61,189 nt of DNA. Source: Tubiluchus corallicola (Eukaryota > Animalia > Priapulida). Where the stretch lies: contig JAQGDQ010000598.1 in the NCBI GenBank assembly GCA_030141605.1, forward strand, positions 1-61,189, given 5' to 3'. Positions within the stretch are counted from its first letter, which is position 1; each line of letters begins with the position of its first letter. Position numbers and translations under genes: made by a program. Shown here piece by piece: positions 25,001 through 34,700 of this stretch. Below the pieces are notes generated by a model. It was not told where the DNA came from. It worked only from the letters and a program-made list of their open reading frames with translations, and made no database searches.

Positions 25001-28000
25001 AATAATACACCAAGATGAGGTAGTCAACTGAGAGAGGGTTAACTATGCTTCAATAAAAAGACACCTCTTAAAGATAGAAATGTGAAAACATGGCAGAGCC
25101 TACTTAACGTGGGTGGTGTGGCTGGACTGGTATCTAGCTTTACACACTGAATAATACTCCAAGATGAGGTAATCAACTGAGAGAGGGTTAACTATGTTTC
25201 AATACGAAGACGCCTCTTAAAGATACACAGATGTGAAAACATGTGACATTTTCTCTTACTAACCAGAAAGATCTCAGTTAATTGACTAAGTAAAATGTTA
25301 CACTGTGACCGAAGCCATTCATTGTGACCGAAGCCATTTATGATCTGTGATTTAGTTTTCCCATGTATAAAAGTGGGATAGTTTCCTGTGAAGTCGTACC
25401 GAGAGTCCGAATTTTCGTCAAATTTTCGGTTGGTTGGTACTTGTCATGCCGTCCGCCTACGTGTTGTCGCTTGGATAAAGAAATGCTGTTGAGTTCGGAC
25501 GAGCAGTGACGAATTTACGATTCTAATGTCATTATCAGCGACGTTTCTTGTTGTTTTATTGATAAACTGTGTGTAAATCTTACAGAAGTTATTATAAAGA
25601 CCTACACTTATACTACGGACCAGTGATTTTGTAGAAATAAAAGGTTTACTATGTAATTAAACAGCTTGAAATATCGTCTTTTATTCACTAAATGAAGTTG
25701 AATGGAAGTGGTTTGTATCTCCAAGTCAACCAAATTTAAGGAACTTGTAAAAATGGTCCACATGGGCATTCATCGCAACTTATACTTATTATTTATTTTA
25801 TTACTTGTCTTACCTAAAGAAGTAAATGTAACATGCACAAAACAGTCAGAAATTATAAGACACATCTTATTACACACAAGAAAATACCGAATGAACCGTT
25901 TCGGATGACGGGAAGCTTTTTATCAAGGTATGGTCCTTTCCAGAATGTTCCCGAATTCGTAAGTGTAATGGCAATGCAAGCTTAGTAGCAAAGTCAAACC
26001 AGTGCTGGAACTTGTCTGTAAATGGGTGGGTGACCACAGAAAGAGCATATCAGAGCAGTTGTTTCTGCCATACTGGTTCCTAGTATTTACCTCTTACATT
26101 GCTGTCAATTCAGTGTCTTGGTAAAGGGTTAATCTCAATGACAAATGAGTTCCAGTACTGCCACAAACATCCACATCAAGTAAATTCTACCACTGAGTAC
26201 TCCATTTTACAGAATGCAAAACTACATAAAAGACTAAATACAGTGACACGTATTCATAAAGAAAAAAAGACATACAAATACAGAAGATTTTAATAGGCTT
26301 GGCATCAATTATCGAAAATATTACATAAACAAAGGTTATAGACGGAATCATGGATGTTATAATAAAATAATTATGTCTTTATTTACTTCTTCAGTGTAAA
26401 CATCAGCAATATGCAACATCTTCAAATGCAATATTGTTGCATAAGCCAAACAAAACAGAGAAAGAGCATAACAGCATTTTGTCAGGGTTTCTCCGTAATT
26501 TTGCATTTTAAAAATTGTAATTTTGCGGTATACGGCAAGAGATTTTCAATGTTTTTATCAATGTGACAATTTCATAAACCAGCTTCTTCGTGAAGAAATG
26601 AAGCAACTGATCTTGCATGAATTTTTGTAATTCCTGATGGCAATAATCAAATTTATTAACAAATAACGAAGTGCATACTCACTTCACGTGGCTTACTTGC
26701 TATTGCTACAGACCCGTCGTCGGTGTATCTGATCGGTGCACCGCCCTCGTGTACCAACGTACCATAAGCTGTGGGGGTGTAGAATGCCGGAATTCCCGCC
26801 CCACCGGCCCGTAATCGTTCCGCTAGCGTTCCTTGTGGCGTGAGCTCCACTTCCAACTCACCGCTCAGGTACTGCCGCTCAAACTCCGCGTTCTCGCCCA
26901 CGTACGATGATATCATCCGCTTTATCTAAAGAAATGAGCACATATGAAGTTCATTATTAACTCAGGGTTATTACGTAATCTTGAAAAATGGCAGTCGTTT
27001 TGAGCTCGGTGAACTGCTCTTTTTGATGATACGTTATATCTACGGCTGTCACATTTAGTAAGTTTGCTAAATGCTTACAAGATGCTTGCTAAGTGAAACA
27101 AATCCATTTTCACAATATTTAGATAAATGTACATGTGGATTTACATTTAGATTAAATATTTTATTTCAAACTTCACAAAGTTTATATACACATCACAAAT
27201 TAATACAAATAATACAATAAATCATGAAACACAACAATAACACAAACAACAATTAACGATATAACAAACTACGCCAATGACATCTAATTACAGAAGTAAA
27301 GTTTGCATCACTGTTTAAAATGTTCTTGCATCTGGCGCTCGTATCATATGAAAAGTTAAACAGCTTCCGTTTTGTTTCCGTGTGGGGATGAGGAGATATA
27401 AAATACTATCTGAGTCACAGGAAAACATACTCATATCTCGGTTTGCCGGTCCTCACTTTTACGGATATGGGTAAGAATCAAACAAAATCTGGACTATTAA
27501 GAAATCTCGCATAGTCAGTTGCTTCACGAGCTGACCACTAGTTAGTGGGTTATCACTTTGTTTCATTATACCAGTGTCACCAAGCAGTGTGTAACGACAC
27601 GTGTGTAGCTTGTATACATGTCAGGAGCGGCCATTATACCAGTGTAAGCAAGCAGTGTGTAACGATACGTGTGTAGCTTGTATACATGTCAAAAGCGGCC
27701 TGTCCTAGATGTTTTGAGACAATTGGGTGATTGATTCTACATTACCGTGAGTCTAATACATGGTGCCTACTGTATTAGTTTAGTATCTGTAAATATGGAC
27801 AGTCAGCAAATTCGGACCGATGTCTCTCCGCTTTTGTCTGGCAAACCGAGATATGAGTGTATTCGTTACCTGTCACAATTAATTAAAGTGACTTACAAAA
27901 GATAATTACATGTGCTTTTATCTATGTGATCTGGCTTCAGATGCAGGTCAAGTGACTCTAGTCACTCTAGCATTTAGATGATAGTTTCCACCACAGTGAA

Positions 28001-29720
28001 TGGACTGATTAGCTATCAGTTACAGCAACCTGACCTATGAGATGCACAACTTCAATTTAACATGTTTATTAAGCGCAGACGATCGTTTCGACACGAAGGA
28101 TGATTCATAGAGACTGTCTCTTTCTCGTACTACTATAATATCTCATAACTTGTTTTGTTTTTCTGATATTGCGTTAAACTTAACTTTGATCTGTCACATG
28201 ATCCGCAGTCGCTGCTTATTAAGCTGTTGCTTTGGCACATTCTCATTCATTTCAACAATGCAATGTGAGTAACCTGGCACGTAATGTGAAAATTGTGAAC
28301 CACCTCCACATTGCACACTCCAGATTGGAAAACAGTGCCAGCTACTTAATAATTATAATAGTGCAGGTTTGGAGTGACAAACAGTCACAGCTCCCAAGGT
28401 TTATCTTATCAGCCTAATTTACAAACGATTTGAAGCAACAAGCATAAGCAGGCAGGAGCAGCAAGTGCAGAAATGTAGTTATCATTGTGAAGTCATTTCA
28501 GAAGTAAGCTGAAAGGAAACCATTTATCGTTTACAAAAATCAGTAAACGTGTAAACATGACGGCCCTAGTTACATGGTTTTCCAACCTCTAGTGGAACAC
28601 TTGTTAGTTACTTGGCTTCAGCAAAACACTTGTTAGTTACTCGGCTTTAGCAAAACACTTGTTAGTTACTTGGTTTCAGCAGAACACTTGTTGGTTACTT
28701 GGCTTCAGCAAAACACTTGTTAGTTACTTGGCTTCAGCGGAACACTTGTTATTTACTTGGCTTCAGTCTTCTAGATGTGACCACAAGTTTTATTTTATTG
28801 CCTACATCTTAAATTGATTTATAATAACTGATACCTGTTTTGTGCGTAGTAACAATCCTAGTCCAAAGTTGTCCACGCCTGCATTGTTGCTCACAACGGT
28901 GAGTTCCTTCGCACCCGTTTGAACTAACGCACCAATCAAATTCTCTGGGATGCCACAGAGACCAAATCCTGAAAAAATCATTAAAGTTACCATCTAGTCC
29001 TCCTCCATTTATCTGTTAGTTCAAGTTAAGTTTACTACTTTATCCCATGTAACACCAGTTCCCAAATTCCCAAAAGGGAAACAACACCAATCACTAAGAC
29101 TCCTTGCTTTAAAGGACAAAACCGAATTATAAAATTGCCCAGTGCTCTTCACATGTCAAAACGAGTGAATTTTGACTGGCAAAACAATTTCATAATAAAT
29201 GTTGTAAAGCAGACTCAGTAAGTACAAGGATTAAAATCGCTATAGCATTGAAAAAATGAACATTATAACATTCACTAGGCATATATTACAATTTATTTAT
29301 GCAATAAAATAAATTATGACTGAAACATACCGTGCACAATGCCTACCCTCAAACTAAATACGGAATCAACCTACCCCCAACCAACAATTTGCTGCCATCA
29401 GGAATATCCTTAATGGCTTCAACAGGATCGTCATAAAACTTTGTATTTAGAACACCGCTGAGAGATAAGCATCTTGCATGACAGGTCTGAAAATTTGAAA
29501 AAATCAAATTACTATTAGTACTAAGTACTTTTTAAGGGGTTATATTCGCAACTATTACAATAAGGCAACCCAATACACCAATTCAATTCACTCATCAATC
29601 AAACTTTTAAATACAAACCTGCACCTGCAACCGCGCTAAGCAGAAGTTTCCTTTTAAAGGAAACTCGCGTGCAAAAAAGTTAAAAAGTTTCGCGGATTTT
29701 CCTACAACGCAGGCAGCCAT
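13044..29720 (-). CDS. OXCT1: Succinyl-CoA:3-ketoacid CoA transferase (SCOT), mitochondrial, ~529 aa, 13 exons
   Basis: Exons, 5' to 3': 29720-29619, 29486-29375, 28968-28835, 26925-26683, 24579-24473, 23783-23615, 20132-19923, 19492-19371, 19249-19174, 18445-18356, 15973-15893, 13731-13630, 13085-13044. All GT-AG and phase-compatible, 1590 nt. Motifs [44 protein letters not shown], catalytic LQSENG and [10 protein letters not shown]; the N-terminus looks like a mitochondrial presequence. Confidence 0.97.
15430..15860. mobile_element. Unclassified GC-rich DNA-element fragment (possibly Helentron/HINE-like)
   Basis: GC/CpG-rich island with TATAACTTTT and CTTTCATTTGATAT motifs between (TAAA)n flanks in an AT-rich intron. 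Confidence 0.3.
16024..17225. mobile_element. Tc1/pogo-type non-autonomous element, copy 1
   Basis: Left end TAGTGACCTCTCGCTTGACG, right end CGTTAAGCGAGGAGTTACTG-TA; internally similar to 21478-23572. Confidence 0.65.
17339..17730 (+). mobile_element. hAT (Buster-type) MITE family A, copy 1
   Basis: TIRs CAGGTGTGTGCAAA / TTTGCACACCCCTG; TSD TCGTAATG / TCGTAACG; near-identical to 41649-42049. Confidence 0.9.
18606..19132. repeat. Interstitial telomere-like (CCCTAA)n array with a 47-bp higher-order unit
   Basis: CCCTAA/CCTAAT/CCCTAG/CAGTAG hexamers; unit ACCCTAATCCTAACGCTAACAGTAGCCCTAGCCCTAACCCAATCTTA recurs at 18606 and 18653. Confidence 0.9.
20195..20678 (-). mobile_element. hAT MITE family A, copy 2 (inverted, with a short internal insert)
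   Basis: CAGGGGTGTGCAAA...TTTGCACACCCCTG; reverse complement of copies 1 and 3; flanks share CATAGTA. Confidence 0.88.
21140..21365 (+). mobile_element. Old SINE with a tRNA/5S-like head (related copy at ~57860-58270, - strand)
   Basis: TAGCTGAGTGGT A-box-like sequence, then GGCTGGATGGGTGACC (5S box C-like); GCAGTTCCATTTGCCAT..GCTGTTTA block shared with the 57.9-58.3 kb copy. Confidence 0.4.
21706..22143. mobile_element. MITE with CAGGGATGAGAAT TIRs (hAT/P-like)
   Basis: Perfect 13-bp TIR CAGGGATGAGAAT / ATTCTCATCCCTG; flanking duplication ACTTTC. Confidence 0.75.
22345..22678. mobile_element. Tc1/pogo-type MITE
   Basis: TA-CAGTCAACTCTCGTTAAACCGGAC ... GTCCGGTTTAACGAGGGTCGACTG-TA. Confidence 0.85.
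23354..23568. repeat. 18-bp minisatellite (ACGTCGCTAAACGAGGAA), ~12 copies
   Basis: Direct observation; explains the repetitive ORF 23265-23519. Confidence 0.92.
24375..24450. repeat. (GAT)n/(CAT)n microsatellite
   Basis: Direct observation; the inverted junction is self-complementary. An (AAT)n run lies at ~24200-24235. Confidence 0.85.
24648..25243. repeat. ~150-bp tandem repeat, 4 copies
   Basis: Units begin AGCCTACTTAACGTGGATGG at 24648, 24797, 24948 and 25097. Confidence 0.93.
27418..27872. mobile_element. MITE with ~30-bp imperfect TIRs and an internal ~67-bp duplication
   Basis: CAGG..ACTCATATCTCGGTTTGCC / GGCAAACCGAGATATGAGT..CCTG; TCA on both flanks; 27565-27700 is a tandem pair. 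Confidence 0.7.
28596..28766. repeat. 29-bp minisatellite, ~6 copies
   Basis: Unit AACACTTGTTAGTTACTTGGCTTCAGCAA. Confidence 0.92.
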
Positions 29721-30339
29721 TACAAGAGGGACGCAGAACACACGTGCGTGGGTGGTCAACTATGTGGCACCACCTTTCGACAAAATGTTAATTTAATGAC
29801 TTCGAACTCGACGCTGAATCAAAGAAATTAGACTTTGCTGATATTAATCGTGATTGAAATACAGTGTCAATAAAACTTTTATATATTATAAACCCATATA
29901 TATATATATATATATATATAACGTTATATAAATATAACAATAATACCTAAATATAGCGTGTAAACAAAAAAGCACAATTTTGAAGATGCTACTGTGATTT
30001 GTCTTGGAGGTAAGAGAGTAAGAAAGAAAAAAAGGCAAGATCACACAAATTATAATAATAATTAACACTATTTTTTGTTTTTATTTTTTACTATTGGCAA
30101 ATCGAATTAAACCCAATTCTCGATGCAATCACATAGAGAAAACACAAGGGCAGTATATGTATAAATAAAATCACGGGTCACAGAAACATAATAGAACTTA
30201 ATAAGCTGCATAGTAAGCACGGCTACAGGGCCCAGGCTATACACTCCTTTACATGCAAAAAGATGTCAATTTGATTAGGACTAAAAGGTAAACCAGAAAT
30301 TCAGATTCAGAATTATATTGGTTACCTTTGTCACTGTAA

Positions 30340-30850
30340 GGCACACAGTGGATTAACGTTAATAAAGCATAACTTTAGATACTTGGACGCTGGTATGTTA
30401 ATCAGTCTCTATAAATCTATGGTAAGGCCTATCTTAGATTATGCTGACTGGAATCCATCTAGACATGACATGATTAATAAATATTCGGCGTCGAGCAACT
30501 AGGATGATACCAGGTATAGCAGAAAAATCATATCCTGATAGATTAAGGCATTTAGGACTTACAACAGTCAAATACAGAAAGCACAGGCAGGATTTGATCC
30601 AGACATTTAGGATCCTTTAAGGGTATTGACCGGATAGACAGTGACAAAATATTTGAATTTCAGCTACATCATGGGACAAGAGAACATTCAGTCAAAATCA
30701 ACAAGAAATCTGTTTCAAAATTTCTTCGCAGCTTGTGTTGTAAATGCCTGGAAAAAGCTTCCTCAATATGTAGTGAGTGCTTCTTCAGTTTCTCAATGTA
30801 ATTCTCGATTAGATCAGCTCTGTGCTAATCACCCGAAGAAATACATTGAT
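30340..30850 (+). mobile_element. Decayed CR1/L2-group LINE ORF2 C-terminal fragment
   Basis: Broken frames read FRYLD..LYKSMVRPILDYA..WNP..RRATRMIPG..SYPDRLRHLGLTT..QDLIQTFRIL..NFF..VVNAWKKLP. Confidence 0.8.
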
Positions 30851-31038
30851 CCTAGACGTCCGCAATGGCAACAAGATGTTCGGATTTTTGAAGAAACCTG
30901 ACACTATTGATCATGCAAAGAAAAACACACTACTGTCTTTCGAATCGGATCGTCAGCGCCATCACCTACTAGAAAACTTAAAATAAATGAAAAATCCAGA
31001 GAAGATCGGAGGTGTAAAAAGCGATCATTTATGCTTAA

Positions 31039-31447
31039 TAGGGGTGAGCATTCTCTACCAAAAAGCGAATTCGAATCGAACCGAACTTCAGTGTTTCGAA
31101 TTCGAACCGAATTCGAATTGAGATTGAACGATTTTCGAACAAGTTTTCGAGCCACCGGTAAAAATTAGTCTTACAAAGATCATGTGTATCACTAGATTTT
31201 GTTCTGCAATAAAACGACTAATAATTTGTTTAAAATTGTGCACAGAAATCACTGCTAAATTACGCTAATTGCATGTTGTTTCAATCGTTTTAGTGATCAG
31301 GAACATATGTGATTGAAGTGCTGAATTATTCGAATCCATAGTTTTGGATTCGAATCGAGTTCGAACTACAAAAACTCGTTCGATTCGAATTCGAGCGTTC
31401 GAATTCGATTCGAACGTTCGAACTCGAACGTTCGATGCTCACCCCTA
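31039..31447. mobile_element. hAT-type MITE with TTCGAA-rich subterminal arrays
   Basis: TIRs TAGGGGTGAGCAT / ATGCTCACCCCTA; perfect 8-bp TSD ATGCTTAA. Confidence 0.9.
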
Positions 31448-31786
31448 ATGCTTAACCCTTATCCTTGCTGTAAGTTGTAAGCTGTATTTGGGGAGCACAC
31501 AAACAATTATAATAAACACATTGTTCTCGTAAATCCTTGTTCTGATTCTTTGTGCCACAGTATATTTGCAGCTGCTTTAAAAATTAATTGCTCTTTAACT
31601 AATTACTAAAATGATTAGTAATTACAGCCTCTGAGTCTATTGCATCTAAAGTATCGTAAAGACTGCACAATGTTTTGATAAAATAAACTAGGTTTGAATC
31701 AAGTTGATGTAGTATGTTGTGTTCACTTGTTCACATGATTTAGCAACAAATTTGGAGACAGTAATGTGAATTATTTTTTTGTGACA

Positions 31787-34700
31787 ATGGCAGATAGTGA
31801 AAGAGAAGAAATTCTAGCAAATTTTCAGGTAATTTAATAAGTTAGCCACGGCAGCCATAGTAAATTAAAATAAACTGTTGTTTAGCAAGTCCCCAGTAAT
31901 TTTTCGAATTTAAGTCGAAACGGTTAGCCTTAGTTCTGAACTAAATTGATTCATTGAATTAATCGTAGGTGCTAACACAGTTAAGAACAAGTGTTAAAGG
32001 TTTTATTCAAGTAGTGCAACATCAAAATTCGTATAATTTTATGTAGAAATTCAAGTAAGTATAACTTAAAACTAACACGGTAACAGTAACACTAACAGTA
32101 ACAGTACATGTATACAGTTCAGTGATATAGACATAGACATTTTTATTTACTTAGCGTGAAATTATTTCTTTCTTGTTTCTTGGCAGGCTTGTACCGGAAT
32201 CGATGATTTGGGCCTGGCTATATACCATCTTGATGAAACAAACTGGAATTTAATGGTTTGTATATGTATACATGCTGTAAACTCATAATTATACTACACA
32301 CTTAATATTTCTGCTGTTCCCGCACTCATCACATGTAAAAATTAATCAAATTCAGTGGGAATTTTGTTGCCTTATTGTCAAACTTTGTTACATAAAGTTC
32401 TGTGTCACAGACCATTTTTACCATTCCCATTAAACATGGAATTTTTGTTTCTTCTAAAATTTAGTATGTGAATACTCCTTATCTGATTAAGGGTAAAGAT
32501 GATGAGTCATCTCGGCATTATCCTACTACTAAAACAATCCAAGTCTGTCTTCCAATAACTCAGAATACACGCGCTGTATCAAAATTATACATTGGTTTGG
32601 TTAGACCTTATCTAGAATACTGTCTGCAGCTTTGGAATCTCCATTATCAGAAAGATATATTGCTTATGGAAAGTGTGCAAAGGCGTGCGCAAGAATGACA
32701 TTTGGTTGTGAAACTCTGACATATCTAGAAAAATTAAAGTATTGTAATTTGACTGTGCTTGAATTACTGTTAAGAAGTACAAGATTCGAAACCGGTTTCT
32801 ATACCAAGAATTGGAAAATCCTTTACAGATTTAAAAAAATGAAACTGAAAAAAAAGTTAAAATCCTTTAAAAACCATTTTTGTCTCTTAAGAACAAGCAA
32901 TTAAGGAAAAAATACTGGATGAAAATGCACATAAACCATTTAAAATTTTAGGCAAGATATTGAGTAATATAACTGAAAATACAAAAAAGCGTAGCTTTAT
33001 AACGTGCAGCCATGCATGCAGAAGCGTGAAAACACTGATTATTTTTATTCTTTTAAATTTTTAAATTTTACAATTTTATTCTGCACCTGTAAGTTAACTT
33101 TTTGGTTGTAATAATAAAGAAACAGCATAAAAGTACATACTATTATTGTAACTACTGTGTACTCTTTTATGTCAAAATGTACAGCTCAGTAACGTACTGC
33201 TACATTAGGATATGCTTCTTTCTATTTTTAAAGCAAATTATGTATGATACAATATACCATGTAGTATTACAGTATATAATATGATATATATTAAGATACG
33301 GCATATGCAGTATGTACCATAGATGTTAGTACATGTATTATTGAGTTATAACATGCTAACTAGAAAAGAAAATATTTTGCTTGAAAAATTCTTTAATGTA
33401 GTTGTTGGTTCTAAAAGTAAAGGACATAATTTAAAGCTGTTTAAAGAGCATTCACGTTTTGATATTTGTAAATATTCTTTTACTGTGAGCATGGTGAATG
33501 AATGGAATAACCTGCCTCCATGCCGATTGCCGTACCAGCTTCAGTAATGTTTGATTCCTTAATCAACAATTATTTTGTGGAAAAATATGGAGTCTCTATA
33601 AGTGTATTCACTTAACCCATATAACAGTATAACTTTCACCATTTTATATGCAAAGTTTCAAATTGATATCAATGTTATTTTAGGATGCAGTTAAGAACGC
33701 AATGCCACAGGAATCACAAACTTTACCTTCAGAGCAAGATGGACTTGAATCGGTTATTCCTCTTATCAACACAGACGATGTAAAGGTATGTAACGTGGCA
33801 AGTCCACTTACGCTTGTCTTTCTTTGTTTCCACAGTTTTGCTTTGTTGATCTATTTTAGTATTTCTGTGAATAGACATGGGGATAGTTGACTTGTGGCAT
33901 GCAGACTGACCTTTCTCAATAAATTAGGCATTACTAAAATGATTTCGCTTTGTGTCATAAAGGTTGCGGGTTCAAATCTAGGCTCTCATGTTATGCAGTC
34001 TGTCAATGTTCCCATTTTAGTAACAGTTGTAGTAGCCTTTAAATTTTAACTCTTTTTATTTTGCGTCATAATTATTATTTAAACGAAGTGAGCATAATTA
34101 CCTGGCATTGTTAAAATAATTCCTTGTCATTAAGATTGAATAGAGACCTGACTAGCAGCAGTTATTCACTGATATCATTTTTTCTGGCATTGCATTAGGT
34201 TTTTTGCATACTGTCCCTTGGTTCAAATCTATGTTCAGTTGTTCATTCAACTGTTCAATTGTTCATTCATCTCTTCTTAGTGATGATCTTGTGGTTTGGG
34301 TCTGCATTCTGCATTTCAATCACGATTAATATCAGTAAAGTCTAATTTCTTTGATTCAGCGTCGAGTTCGACGTCATTAAATTAACATTTTGTCAGAAGA
34401 TGGTGCCACCGTAATCTCTTCTTAGTGATGATCTTGATTGTCATTTAGTTTGATGCATTTTGCAAAGATTCTTATTCATATTCATCTTCTCAGTGCAAAT
34501 TCTTCAATTAAAACTGATAAAATTCTTTTGCTTAACAAACAGGTAATTAAATTTTTAGCTGACTGAACTTTTGCTCATTCCAGGTTGAACGAGTTATTTT
34601 GCCGGCACCTCCGGTACCCTCCGCGGACGTACGACCTCTGCTGGGTCCGTTTCCATCGAGTTCGACGGATTCGTCGTCCGGCTCATCGCGAAGAATGCTA

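Larger units (their letters stand above)
29721..31786. promoter_or_regulatory. Divergent (head-to-head) intergenic region between OXCT1 and FAF1
   Basis: Start codons at 29720 (-) and 31787 (+); CpG-rich stretch with CACGTG just upstream of the OXCT1 ATG; the middle is filled by LINE and MITE remnants. Confidence 0.55.
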
